A stretch of 64,000 nucleotides of DNA from Nitrospirota bacterium (lineage in GTDB: Bacteria; Nitrospirota; UBA9217): assembly GCA_963741205.1 (NCBI GenBank), contig CAVUHW010000026.1:317395-381394 (forward strand), in the 5' to 3' direction. The translations under genes and the position numbers were made by a program. Under the pieces are notes generated by a model that was not told the DNA's origin, did no database searches, and saw only the letters and a program-made list of their open reading frames with translations. Below, piece after piece: positions 12,582-24,737 of this stretch (its first letter is position 1; each line of letters opens with the position of its first letter).

Positions 12582-13889
12582 ATGGGAAAGAAAGGCTGGC
12601 TCGTAACAGTTGCGGGAATTGGGCTGAACCTGGCCCTCGGTATTCTCTATGCGTGGAGTATGTTCAGTAAGCAGCTCACAGAAGCCGTGGAGAAAGGAGG
12701 CTTTGGGTGGTCCAAGACCCAGGCCACGCTCCCTTATACCGTTGCGATTGCCTGCTTCGCGGTTATGATGGTACCCGCAGGCCGCTTGCAGGACCGCTTC
12801 GGCCCCCGAATAGTCGCCACGATCGGCGCGTTGCTCTGCGGCATCGGCCTTGTGATAGCGAGCTTTGGCGGCCCGGCGTCCGTCCTCCCCGCGATTCTGG
12901 GCTTTGGGGTCCTGAGCGGAGCGGGCATCGGCCTGGGATATGCATCGGCCACCCCCGCGGCAGTCAAGTGGTTCCCGCCGGCAAAGAAGGGACTCATTAC
13001 CGGACTGGTCGTCGCAGGCTTCGGTCTGGCGCCCGTGTATATCGCGCCGCTTTCGAAATACCTTCTTGGAACGTATGGGATCAACTCTTCATTCAGAATA
13101 CTGGGCATTGCCTTCATCATTGTTGCGGGAATTGCCGCGCAATTCATCTCGAATCCGGCCGCTCCGGCGACAGTCAAAACGGCAAACTCGAAAAGCGTCT
13201 CATCGAACGACTTTACCTGGCGCGAGATGCTGAGGACCCCGGCCTTTTATTCTCTCTATATCCAATATGCCTGCGCCGCGACAGCCGGTCTCATGATCAT
13301 CGGCCACCTGGCGAAGATCATCGCCGTGCAATCCGGCAATACGATCAAGATCGGCTTTCTCTTCGTCGCCCTCCTCGCGATCTTCAACGCGAGCGGTCGC
13401 GTGGTGGCGGGAATTGTTTCGGACTACATCGGCAGGCTCATAACCCTCGTCTTCGTTTTTATCATGCAGGCCACCATTATGGCTTTTTTCCCGCAGTTCT
13501 CCACCATCTCGGGCTTTATAATCGGTTCCGCAATGGTGGGTTTCAATTACGGCGCGTGCCTTTCCCTCTTCCCGTCTACAACGGCGGATTATTGGGGGAC
13601 GAAGAACCTCGGGATGAACTACGGCATCCTCTTTACCGCGTGGGGCGTCGGCGGCATCTTCGGCCCCATGCTGGCGGGGTTCATTTCTGATGCCACCGGC
13701 TCCTATGCCATGGCATACTATATAGCCTGCGGCCTTTTGGCATTCGCGGCGTTCGTGGGCATGACCAGCTATATCAGCGTCTCGATAAGTTTGCCGCAGA
13801 AGCAGATCGTCATCAGTTTCGCCGGGAAATCGGCGAAGACAAAAGAAACCAGCCCGGACCCTGCCCTTGAAACCGGGAAAACCATGTGA
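12582..13889 (+). CDS. OFA-family MFS transporter (oxalate/formate antiporter or lactate transporter-like)
   Basis: About 12 TM segments; LGILYAWS; GRLQDRFGPR; KWFPPAKKGL; GTKNLGMNYG. Confidence 0.88.
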   Translation: MGKKGWLVTVAGIGLNLALGILYAWSMFSKQLTEAVEKGGFGWSKTQATLPYTVAIACFAVMMVPAGRLQDRFGPRIVATIGALLCGIGLVIASFGGPASVLPAILGFGVLSGAGIGLGYASATPAAVKWFPPAKKGLITGLVVAGFGLAPVYIAPLSKYLLGTYGINSSFRILGIAFIIVAGIAAQFISNPAAPATVKTANSKSVSSNDFTWREMLRTPAFYSLYIQYACAATAGLMIIGHLAKIIAVQSGNTIKIGFLFVALLAIFNASGRVVAGIVSDYIGRLITLVFVFIMQATIMAFFPQFSTISGFIIGSAMVGFNYGACLSLFPSTTADYWGTKNLGMNYGILFTAWGVGGIFGPMLAGFISDATGSYAMAYYIACGLLAFAAFVGMTSYISVSISLPQKQIVISFAGKSAKTKETSPDPALETGKTM

Positions 13890-13923
13890 CAGCGGGCATG
13901 ACGAGGGGAACTCTGTAAAAAAA

Positions 13924-13952
13924 TGGCCCCGGAGCCGTCATGCCCGGGGCCA
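13924..13952. terminator. hairpin between convergent genes (possible bidirectional terminator)
   Basis: tggccccgg...ccggggcca preceded by an A-run. Confidence 0.55.
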
Positions 13953-13988
13953 TACTATGACTAAAGCGAATCTCTATGACTCACCACA

Positions 13989-15110
13989 CTAGAGTGTTCG
14001 AAGAACGTGCTCCCTGATATACCCGATTACCCTGTCTACTTCTTTCCTCATCGCCTCTTTCCTTCTTCCGTCCACGACAAATTGTTCGTCCCGCAGTCTC
14101 CTGCCCGTAAAACCGGCGATCTGATACTGACGAAGAAAGGCTTCGGGTATCTCATCGGGAGCATCAATGCCGTTCATAATAGCCCAGGCGAGGGTCCATG
14201 CCCTGGCCACATTTGCGATATCATACCCGCCGCCTCCAAGCGCCACCCACTTCGGGGACAGGACTTGGATCATCTTGACGACGCGGCAAAACCCGTTCGT
14301 CGTCAGATTCAAGTGGGCCAGCGGATCACTCCAGAATGTATCGACCCCCAGCTGGCTCACGACAATATCGGGCCTATAGGCGTCCACGAGAGGCGGAACG
14401 AGCTCCGTAAAGGCATGGATGAATAGGTCGTCATCCGCCTCCGGAGGCAGCGGGACATTCACGCAGTACCCGTTTCCCGCACCCGTGCCGGTCTCATGCT
14501 CGGTGCCGGTGCCCGGGAAGAGGGCTTCTCCTGTTTCATGCAGGGAAATCGTAAGGACCTTGTCCGTATTGTAGAAGGCCTCCTGGACGCCGTCTCCGTG
14601 ATGGGCGTCAATGTCGATATAAGCGACCCTTCTTCCCCGGCCGACCAGTGACTTGATTGCGAGAACAGGATCATTGATATAACAGAACCCAGAGGCATGA
14701 CCGGCCATTGCATGATGGAGCCCGCCCGCGATATTGAACGCAACTTCCGCCTCTCCGCTGTCAACGAGGTCCGCGGCCTTGAGTGAAGCGCCGGCAATGA
14801 GCCTCGACCAGTCGAGCATGCCGGCGAATACGGGATTGTCCCCGGGGCCGAGCCCGTACGCTTCGGCGCCGGAGACGTACTCACCGCTGTTTGTTGTCTT
14901 GAGGATATTGATATATTCCGAGGTATGCCAGGAGAGCAGGTCCTCAACGCTCGCTATATGCGGCTCGACCAGCCGCGGGTCAGGTACGGTGAGCAGGCCG
15001 CATGCCTTGATCAGCTCATAGGTTAGCTTCAACCGGAATGGCTTCAACGGGTGGCCGGACCCGTAATCGAACCCGGCGAAGTCGTCGGAGTAGATGAAGG
15101 CAGTTTTCAT
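13989..15110 (-). CDS. acuC: acetoin utilization protein AcuC / histone deacetylase family
   Basis: HPLKPFRL; GGLHHA; SGFCYIND; DIDAHHGDG; LGGGGY. Confidence 0.92.
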   Translation of the reverse strand: MKTAFIYSDDFAGFDYGSGHPLKPFRLKLTYELIKACGLLTVPDPRLVEPHIASVEDLLSWHTSEYINILKTTNSGEYVSGAEAYGLGPGDNPVFAGMLDWSRLIAGASLKAADLVDSGEAEVAFNIAGGLHHAMAGHASGFCYINDPVLAIKSLVGRGRRVAYIDIDAHHGDGVQEAFYNTDKVLTISLHETGEALFPGTGTEHETGTGAGNGYCVNVPLPPEADDDLFIHAFTELVPPLVDAYRPDIVVSQLGVDTFWSDPLAHLNLTTNGFCRVVKMIQVLSPKWVALGGGGYDIANVARAWTLAWAIMNGIDAPDEIPEAFLRQYQIAGFTGRRLRDEQFVVDGRRKEAMRKEVDRVIGYIREHVLRTL

Positions 15111-15270
15111 GGATTTACTCTGTCTCTATTTTACCTCAATCTCTGTGAACCATAGCTCGGTTAAAGGGTCATCCTTTCGTCTATCGGGAGGAGCGCATAA
15201 ATCATAGATCTCGAGGGGAGTTTTGAATTGGGACATACGACATGGTACCGGGTTTCTACGCGGAAGGTAA

Positions 15271-15344
15271 TGGTGATAAGGCAATCGGCCCGGACGTGGA
15301 GGGCTGAATAATACTGCTCCGCGCCTTCGAAGTCCTTGAAGGAC
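15271..15344 (-). pseudogene. fragment of a PIN-domain toxin gene (paralogous to 16990..17412)
   Basis: Translates SFKDFEGAEQYYSALHVRADCLIT versus AFKDFEDAVQYYSAIHVRADCLIT in the intact toxin (20/24 identical). Confidence 0.85.
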
Positions 15345-15367
15345 GCAACGGATGCAATAACGTCACT
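15345..15367 (+). repeat. direct repeat R1 (GCAACGGRTGCAAYAACGTCACT)
   Basis: gcaacggatgcaataacgtcact; other copies at 16193 and 16914. Confidence 0.85.
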
Positions 15368-15531
15368 CTCTATCTTACAGGAAACTGGATGGCCACCGCA
15401 TTATCAGGAGATGTAAAATTAGAAATACAGCTTAGAATCATTCTTTTTTACTTGCGCCCGGCATCTGCTTCGGTTATACTTATTTTAAATAGGATAAAAT
15501 TTGTACTAATTAAGTTTCTTTAAGGAGGAAG

Positions 15532-16071
15532 TTGATCATGCATACGACAGCCAGCGGTTCATTGGAGTACAAGAACGATTTTTTCACTCTCGTCATTCGT
15601 GAGTCCGAGCACCGCCCCGGGAGTTACATTTTCTCCAGCGGGATCAGCCTCCCCAAGTTCAACCCCATCATCTGGGGAAGGACAGGAATCTGCTCCAATG
15701 CGGCATTTAAGGCCCTGCAGCAGCTTCAGGCCGATATGTCTTACTTTGCCCTGCAGCGGGGCATTGCGACGAAGAGCGCCGATATCCCCTCCGGCTCGAC
15801 AGGCGGACACGGGCACGGCTGGTATGAGGAAAATGCCCTCTTGATCGAGGACGCGTCTCCCGAGGCTATTCAGGATATCCTCGCGTTCAGCGCACGGGAC
15901 CTCGTTCAGACGATCCTGAATGCCTGCCAATCGGATGTCAGTGTGCCGGCCGGATTGGATTCCGCGGCAATGCAGCGTTTCCTCGAATCGGTGGGCATCT
16001 CGAATTACCGGGAAGCGGCCCCATCGCCGATCTCGAAACCGACCGGAGAGACAGTAGACGGGAGATGGTAG
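15532..16071 (+). CDS. hypothetical protein
   Basis: 179-aa ORF with strong RBS (aaggagg) and downstream terminator; no family recognised. Confidence 0.7.
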   Translation: MIMHTTASGSLEYKNDFFTLVIRESEHRPGSYIFSSGISLPKFNPIIWGRTGICSNAAFKALQQLQADMSYFALQRGIATKSADIPSGSTGGHGHGWYEENALLIEDASPEAIQDILAFSARDLVQTILNACQSDVSVPAGLDSAAMQRFLESVGISNYREAAPSPISKPTGETVDGRW

Positions 16072-16097
16072 ACTGAGGTAGTATATAACAAAAAAGG

Positions 16098-16127
16098 CAG
16101 AGACGACTAAAACACAAGGGCCCGGGA
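16098..16127 (+). terminator. Rho-independent terminator
   Basis: ggcccgggaa/ttcccgggcc stem followed by a T-tract. Confidence 0.8.
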
Positions 16128-16192
16128 ATTTCCCGGGCCTTTTATTTGAAGGGAGTGCTGCCGTCAGAGAGTACAGCTCACCAGCCTGCTGC

Positions 16193-16215
16193 GCAACGGG
16201 TGCAACAACGTCACT
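16193..16215 (+). repeat. direct repeat R2
   Basis: gcaacgggtgcaacaacgtcact. Confidence 0.85.
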
Positions 16216-16300
16216 TTGTATTCTACGCGATAAACGCGGATGCCTCGCTCGAAGAAAAGATCTGAGATGCGATGAACAAGGCTTTTAGCGAAAGGAAAGA

Positions 16301-16888
16301 TTATGCTTGGCGCGGGGAGGCAGTACGCTTCTGCCTCGTGGGGCGATTGGTAACTGCCTTGCTCTTGTCGTCAAAAAAGCGGAAAAGCTTGTCCTTCCAT
16401 GCTCCGGCATACTCCACGCCGACCCGCTTCGTCCTCCTGATCAGCGGCCGGTACGCAGTGTCCTGCAGGAGAAACAGCGTATCGCCGGTGAGGTCGAGGC
16501 CGTTCATGGTACGAGTGATCCCAAGCGCGCGCGTAAGCTTGCCCGGGCCCGAAAGGTCGGCATTCCAGTCGCCCAGGGGCTCGGCTGCCCGGATGAGCAC
16601 AGCCTGACCGCTTCCTGCTTTACCTGCGACGATATTGAACATCTCGTACATCCCGTAGATCAAGTAGACGTAAGCATGGCCTGCCGGACCGAACATGGTT
16701 TCCGTGCGTTTCGTGCGGCCTTTGGAAGAGTGGGAGGCGAGGTCCTGGGGGCCGGTGTAGGCCTCGGCCTCAACGATGCGGGCCCGGTGTTCCCTGCCGC
16801 GCATGCGGCGGACAATGATCGCCCCGATCAGGCCGGGGGCAAGCTTTTTCGCATCGCGCTGGTAGAATGAATGGTCGATTTTTTTCAA
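16301..16888 (-). CDS. mpg: DNA-3-methyladenine glycosylase (AAG/MPG family)
   Basis: RIVEAEAY; ASHS; MFGPAGHAYVYLIYGMY; VLIRA; GPGKL. Confidence 0.92.
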   Translation of the reverse strand: MKKIDHSFYQRDAKKLAPGLIGAIIVRRMRGREHRARIVEAEAYTGPQDLASHSSKGRTKRTETMFGPAGHAYVYLIYGMYEMFNIVAGKAGSGQAVLIRAAEPLGDWNADLSGPGKLTRALGITRTMNGLDLTGDTLFLLQDTAYRPLIRRTKRVGVEYAGAWKDKLFRFFDDKSKAVTNRPTRQKRTASPRQA

Positions 16889-16913
16889 AATGGCGGTACT
16901 CTCTTAACGCCGT

Positions 16914-16936
16914 GCAACGGGTGCAACAACGTCACT
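16914..16936 (+). repeat. direct repeat R3
   Basis: gcaacgggtgcaacaacgtcact, identical to R2. Confidence 0.85.
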
Positions 16937-16989
16937 CTATAACATTGTGTGTTAGACTTGTCTGTAAACTTGCATGATTCCCTCAAGGC

Positions 16990-17412
16990 CTACCGTTCAT
17001 CGCCAATAAGCGCCAGGAACTCTTCGGGAGTCATAACCGGAAGCCGGTCCACACGGTAATCCACCTTGTTTCTGGTGATTAGGCAGTCAGCCCGGACATG
17101 GATAGCTGAATAATACTGTACTGCGTCTTCAAAGTCCTTGAAAGCTGAGGTGAGCGAAAGATCGATCACTTTTTCATCGACTGCTGCGACACGAAAGACG
17201 ATCCTGAGCTTTTCCAAGACCCGCATCGCTTTGTCTCGTTTCAGTTCCCTGGACAAAAGATAGAACATCGTCGGAAAGCTCTGCGCCGAGAGATAACCCT
17301 GGAGCTTCTTTTCTTCGATCAGGGAAAACAGCTTCGCGGCAGGACCATAATGCGGATCCCGCTTTAGAAAGATGTCGAGGATGACATTGATATCGCAGAG
17401 AAGGCTCTTCAC
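16990..17412 (-). CDS. PIN domain protein (VapC-like toxin)
   Basis: LCDINVILD ... DFEDAVQY ... LITRN. Confidence 0.88.
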   Translation of the reverse strand: MKSLLCDINVILDIFLKRDPHYGPAAKLFSLIEEKKLQGYLSAQSFPTMFYLLSRELKRDKAMRVLEKLRIVFRVAAVDEKVIDLSLTSAFKDFEDAVQYYSAIHVRADCLITRNKVDYRVDRLPVMTPEEFLALIGDER

Positions 17413-17657
17413 CGGTACTTCTCCGCAAGATGCTTCCGGTACCCCGCTCGCAGTTGCGCGGCATCCTGCTTGCCCGAAAGTACGCCCGCTACCTCGTACA
17501 GGACCGGCGATTCCCGCACCTCCTGCACTCCCTGTTCAGCAACAGCCTTAAAATAGTCCTCCACCATGCGCGACAGGCTGACACCCTTCCTGCTCGCGGT
17601 CTTTTTTGCCTTATTGATTACGGTCTCATCCAGTCGTAGGGTCAGTTTCGTGGTCAT
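17409..17657 (-). CDS. RHH-type antitoxin (DUF6364-like)
   Basis: MTTKLTLRLDETVINKAK...SLSRMVE; stop overlaps the PIN start. Confidence 0.8.
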   Translation of the reverse strand: MTTKLTLRLDETVINKAKKTASRKGVSLSRMVEDYFKAVAEQGVQEVRESPVLYEVAGVLSGKQDAAQLRAGYRKHLAEKYR

Positions 17658-17787
17658 GAGCGCATCCTCCTTGATGACGTACATATATTATAATATTGTA
17701 CGTCATCTGTCAAGCCCCTCCGCTGACATAAATAGACGAGTCCGGGATAATTTCTCTCCGGCCTTTCAGGTCGATCGCAAGTCCAAT

Positions 17788-17825
17788 AAAAAAGCCGGCA
17801 GAGATATTCTCCCTGCCGGCCTTTG
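17788..17825 (-). terminator. groEL terminator
   Basis: gccggcag/ctgccggc stem with a T-tract on the minus strand. Confidence 0.7.
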
Positions 17826-17908
17826 TGTTTCATTTCCTCGCCTGCACCGCAGCCGGTCATAGACGAAGTGCTCGCCGCGAGTGCAGGGTGTGAAAGGAAA
17901 TTCTATTC

Positions 17909-19903
<1,995 letters not shown>

Positions 19904-19951
19904 ACAATTAACTCCTTTCTGTGTTGTAATGGTTTATAGAATATCAGAACG

Positions 19952-19978
19952 TTAGCACTCGTTCAAGGCGAGTGCTAA
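19952..19978. promoter_or_regulatory. CIRCE element (HrcA operator)
   Basis: Perfect TTAGCACTC-N9-GAGTGCTAA upstream of groES. Confidence 0.95.
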
Positions 19979-20185
19979 TATATTGCCCGGCCGCAAAAAA
20001 AGCAAACCCTATTTTAGGTTATTTACGGCTGATTTTAGCTAGTTACAGGCTTAATTTACTGAAAATCTCAACTTCTCTGACTTCTCATTCATAAAAAAAA
20101 TAAAAGCAGGATAGGTATATCCTGCTTTTATCAATTCCTGCATTTTTTTCGTTTTTGAAGCCAGTCGATTACTATCGAGCCGGTT

Positions 20186-21586
20186 TTATTTCTCTTTTCC
20201 CTTTTCCGGTTCCGCATCCTTCTTCACCGGCGCGGGGACGTTCTTGAAAACATCCGCCGCGATGATGGACGGCTTCAGGATCTCGATCGCCTTCTGGATC
20301 TGGATGTCGTCTTTGTCTTCCTTCGGCATCACTTCCATGGTGAATTCTTCCTCGCCGGCCGGCTGCTCTTTCTTCTTCTTTTCCTCTTTCACCGTCTCGT
20401 TCTTCAAATGGCGGTCAAGGTCCTTCTCGCGGACGACCATGTGCACGGGCTCTCCCTCTTTCGGCTCTTTTACCGTCGGCAGCTTCACCTCGATGTCAGG
20501 TGTGATGCCTACGTTCTGGATCGAACGGCCGCTCGGCGTATAATACTTGGCCGTCGTAAGCCTGATGCCGCCGTCTTCGAGCGGGAACACGGTCTGCACC
20601 GACCCCTTGCCGAAGGTCTGCGTTCCGACGATCAGCGCCCGCTTTGAATCCTGGAGCGCTCCCGCGACGATCTCCGACGCTGAGGCGCTGCCCGTATTCA
20701 CCATGACGACCATGGGGTAGCCCCGTGGCGTTTCCGCGCTCGTGGTCATGAAGTCCTTCCGGTCCGTCTTCTGCCTGCCCTGCAAATAAACTACGAGACT
20801 GTCTTTGGGCAGGAACTTGCCGCTCACGTCCACCGATGCATCCAGGAGACCGCCCGGATCGTTTCGAAGATCGAGGACCAGTTTTTTCATTCCCTTTGCT
20901 TCGAGGCCTTTCAGCGCCTTTTCCAATTCATCCGCTGTCTGTCCCTGGAACTGGATGATCTTCACATAGCCGATCGACTCGTCGAGCATCTTTGACTTGA
21001 CGCTGACGACCTTGATGACATCGCGGACGATCTTGAAATCGCGGGGCTTGTCCCAGCCTTCCCGGAAGATGAGGAGATTCACCGGCGTGCCCCTGGGCCC
21101 TCTCATTTTGTCAACCGCCTGTTCAATCGACATATCCTTGGTCCACTCGTCGTTGATTTTCATGATCTTATCGCCGGCGGCGAGACCGGCCCGGAAACCG
21201 GGCGTGTCCTCGATCGGCGCGATGATCGTGAGCTGCTGGTTCTTGACGCCGATCTGAATGCCGACGCCCGTGAACTCGCCCTTGATGTCCATGTTCATTT
21301 CCTTGAACTGCCGCTCGGTCATATACGACGAATGCGGGTCAAGGCTCGAAATCATCCCCCGGAGCGCGCCCTCGATAAGCTCCTTGGAGTCCGGGTTTTC
21401 CACGTAGTTGCGCTTCACGATCTCCAGCGCCTGCGTGAAGCTCTTCAGGTCTTCATAGGTATCGGACTTGGCTTGCACCATCTGCTGACCGATCAAAATA
21501 CCGGTCAGCAATATCACCACCGCTGCAATTAAAAATTTTCTCTTGTTGATCCGAATCATTTCGTCATCCTCCACTTCATTCTGCAT
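20186..21586 (-). CDS. ctpA: S41 family carboxyl-terminal processing protease
   Basis: LDPHSSY; PDZ (GVGIQI); DLRNDPGG; SASASEIVAGALQD; TFGKGSVQ. Confidence 0.93.
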   Translation of the reverse strand: MQNEVEDDEMIRINKRKFLIAAVVILLTGILIGQQMVQAKSDTYEDLKSFTQALEIVKRNYVENPDSKELIEGALRGMISSLDPHSSYMTERQFKEMNMDIKGEFTGVGIQIGVKNQQLTIIAPIEDTPGFRAGLAAGDKIMKINDEWTKDMSIEQAVDKMRGPRGTPVNLLIFREGWDKPRDFKIVRDVIKVVSVKSKMLDESIGYVKIIQFQGQTADELEKALKGLEAKGMKKLVLDLRNDPGGLLDASVDVSGKFLPKDSLVVYLQGRQKTDRKDFMTTSAETPRGYPMVVMVNTGSASASEIVAGALQDSKRALIVGTQTFGKGSVQTVFPLEDGGIRLTTAKYYTPSGRSIQNVGITPDIEVKLPTVKEPKEGEPVHMVVREKDLDRHLKNETVKEEKKKKEQPAGEEEFTMEVMPKEDKDDIQIQKAIEILKPSIIAADVFKNVPAPVKKDAEPEKGKEK

Positions 21587-21695
21587 ACTTGTTCTCCCGA
21601 ATAAGCATACGCTCTCTGAAAAATATCATGACCACGCGCAAAATGCAAAAAAATAATTTTCTGTATGTTCCGGTGACCACGCCCACAACGGCAAT

Positions 21696-22929
21696 TTATC
21701 TCCTGGCCAGCCACTGAAGGGGGTCTTCCGCCTCTCCCTTCCGTCTGATCTCAAAGTATAATTTCGAACCTTTCAGGCTTCCGGTCTCTCCGGCGAGGCC
21801 GATTGCCTGTCCCCGGGAAACCCGGTCCCCCTTCTTGAGGTCCAGCCGCGAAAGGTTCCCATAGAGCGTGTAAAAACCGCTCCCATGGTCAAGGATTACG
21901 AGTTTCCCGAACCCCTTGTACCAATCGGCGTATGCCACTTGTCCGCTTTCGACGGCGCGGACCGTCTGACCCTCGTGCGCCTCGATCTCGATGCCTCTGC
22001 GGAAAACCATGGTCCCGAATTGGGGATGGCGCTGCATGCCGAAACGCGTCAGCAGTGGTCCATCGATGGGCCAGGGCAAACCCCTTTTACCGCCTGCTGA
22101 TCCTTCCTCAGGATGTCCGCCGGAAGGCTTTTGCGCCGAGGCGGACCGCCGCTCACGCTCATCCGACCGGATCATTGCCCAAAGGCCGGCCGACTGCTCC
22201 TCCAACTCGTGTAGTGTCTGCTCGTACAAGCCCTTTTGCTGCCGCACACCCGCCAGCATCGAGGACTTCTGCCGCCTCTTTGCCTCAAGTTCCGCTTTCT
22301 TTGCTTCGAACGCCCGTCTGCGCTGGAGGATCTCCTCTTTTTTCTGCGAAAGACCGGTTTGCTGCGCCTGTAAACGGGTGAGCGCGCTGCCGTACTCTTC
22401 GATGATCGACCGGTCCCGTTCCGCGATAAGACGCATATACTTGACCTGCTTGACCACGCTGCCCAGGCCGTCCGACGGGTCGAGCATTGCGCCGCCGCTG
22501 CGGCTCATCTTGTACAGCGCCCGGAGCCTCCTGGCGTAGAGGCCCTTCAGCCCCGTAAGCTCGCGACCGAGCCCGGTCGCTGCTTGTCTCAAGCTCCCGC
22601 CGCGCGGACTCGGCTTCCCTGAGTTTTTTCTGCTGGTCTGCGAGCTCGGCGCTCCCCGCCTGGATCTCATGATCGATCCTGTCGAGGTCCGCAAGGACCG
22701 AATGCTCCTTGCGCTTGGCCTTCTTGATCTCCTTTTTTTTCTCCTGCATCTCGCGCTTGACGCGCTCGAATTCCTTCTTCGTGTCCGAAGTCCCGCCCTC
22801 GCCGAACCCCGGAGAGGCTGCGAGGCCCGCTGCAAGGATCAGCAGCACGGCGGCAAGGAATATGCGGGGGCCTCTAATTGTCCTTCCACCTGTCTTTAAA
22901 GACTTTTGATGGGGCCTTTCTGGATGCAC
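21696..22929 (-). CDS. envC: murein hydrolase activator EnvC / M23 family (frameshift near 22580)
   Basis: Signal peptide and coiled coil, then degenerate M23 domain (LPWPIDG..GIEI..LYFEIR); start uncertain. Confidence 0.85.
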
Positions 22930-22981
22930 CGGCTGTTATCCCTTCGGCGGTGCCCGGCACCGGCCGCTGTGAAATACGGAA

Positions 22982-23870
22982 CTACTCCAGGAACCTGCTC
23001 ACCGAGACCAGACCTCCCGCCAGACCCAGCAGGCCGCCCCCTGCAACGATATATGCTACCACCGAAGGAGGCAAAAAGTCCAGGCCGTTCGCCTGGGACA
23101 GGAAGAGCACGACATCGTGCGGCAGCAGCGAATACAGCACCGCGAGGATGCCGACCGCAAGGGCCGAGCCGAGCACGGCGAGGAGCATGCCCTCGATCAG
23201 GAAGGGGACCTGGATGAACGCGCGCGTCGCCCCGATCCATTGCATCAGTTCTATCTCCTGTCCCCGCGAGTACAGCGCCAGCCTGACCGAGTTGGAGATA
23301 ATAAACACGACGGAAACGCCGAGCAGGAACGCCAGGGCCGTGCCGCCGTAGGCAAGGAGCTTGTAGAGGCGGATATCACCGCCGCCCCCTGCTTTCCGTA
23401 GGTCACGTCCTCCACGCCGGCGATAGGCTGAAAATTTCTTCGCCATGGCCTCAAGCCGGTCCGCCTCGGCAAAACGGCGGTCGATTTTCAGCTCGAAGGA
23501 ATCGGGGAGCGGGTTTTCACCCAGGCCGTCGACGAGCGCCTCCCGGCCCTTCAGCCCTTTCTTGAACAGGGCGAGCGCCTCGGCCTTGGAAAGCAGAACG
23601 GCCTGTCTTACGGCCGGTTCCGCCTTGAGCCTGCGGAGGAGAAATTCCTTCTCGTGCTCCGTCAAGCCGTCCTTCAGGTACACCGACATCTCGAGCCGGT
23701 CTTCCAGGCTGTTTACCGCCGAGCCGGACATTGAAAAAAACGATCAGGAAAAATCCGACGATGAGCATGGCCATGCTGATGGTGCCGACGGCAAGAAGGT
23801 TCACCATGCTGTTGGCGCGGAGTCCGCGGAAGGCCTCCGCTATGAAAAAGAACGGGCCATACCCTCTCAC
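22982..23870 (-). CDS. ftsX: cell division permease FtsX (frameshifted)
   Basis: GENPLPDSFE; ISNSVRLALYSRGQEIELMQWIGAT; PFLIEG; N-terminal TM in the overlapping ORF 23517..23870. Confidence 0.88.
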
Positions 23871-24611
23871 GATTCCCCCTCATGCGGCGAAGCGGCGCTT
23901 CCGCCCTCTCCCGGCTTCGCCGAAAGCCGCGGGGCGGGCTTCGCCGAAGCCTGCCGGCCGTCGTCGATCACCCTTCCCTTCTCCATGGTAATGATCCTTC
24001 GCTGCATCTTTCTCACCGTCTCCCAGTCATGGGTCGCCACGAGCACCGTCGTGCCTTTCAGGTTAATCTCCCGGAAGAGGCGGAACACCTCCTGGGCGCT
24101 CTGCTGGTCCAGATTGCCGGTGGGCTCGTCCGCAAGGAGCACCTGCGGTTCGTTCACGAGCGCGCGGGCCACGGCCACCTTCTGCTGCTCCCCGCCCGAG
24201 AGCTTGGGAGGCGTGAGGTGCGCTTTGTCCTGCATGCCTACCTTCTTGAGCACGGACAAGGCCCTCCGTTCGATCTCTCCGTAGGGCGTGCCGACGACAC
24301 TTGAGCGCCAGGGCGATATTTTCGAAGATGGTCTTGCGGGGGAGGAGTTTGTAATCCTGGAACACGAAGCCCATGTTTCTGCGAAGGTAAGGAATGCTCG
24401 AGGCTTTGAGACGAAAGGTGCTCAACCCCTGGATGATGATCTGCCCTTCATCGGCATGTTCCGCGCAGAAGATGATCTTGAGGAGGGTGGTCTTCCCCGC
24501 TCCGGAGAGGCCGGTGACAAACACAAACTCGCCCTTGTCCACGCTGAAGCTCACGTCGGAGAGGGCGGGAACGCCCTCATAGTATTTGGTCACCCGGTAG
24601 AGTTGAATCAT
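23867..24611 (-). CDS. ftsE: cell division ATP-binding protein FtsE (frameshifted near 24265-24295)
   Basis: GLSGAGKTT; IPYLRRNMGFVFQDYKLL; LSGGEQQ; ADEPTGNLD. Confidence 0.9.
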
Positions 24612-24621
24612 TCTTCAAAAG

Positions 24622-24723
24622 AGTAGCAAGTAGCGAAGTAGCATGGAACAAGGGGTAGTCAAGGTTTCCTTGCCCCTTGCTACTTGCTCCTTGCTACTTG
24701 CTACTTGCTCCTCGACCCTTGCT
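24622..24723. repeat. heptamer-periodic inverted-repeat hairpin (AGTAGCA/TGCTACT type)
   Basis: agtagcaagtagcgaagtagca ... tgctacttgctccttgctacttgctacttgct. Confidence 0.8.
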
Positions 24724-24737
24724 TCTTCTTAATCACT

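Noticed and set aside
15345-16936. CRISPR array interpretation of the 23-bp repeats
   Set aside because: Spacing is 700-850 bp with whole genes between, and no cas genes are in the window.
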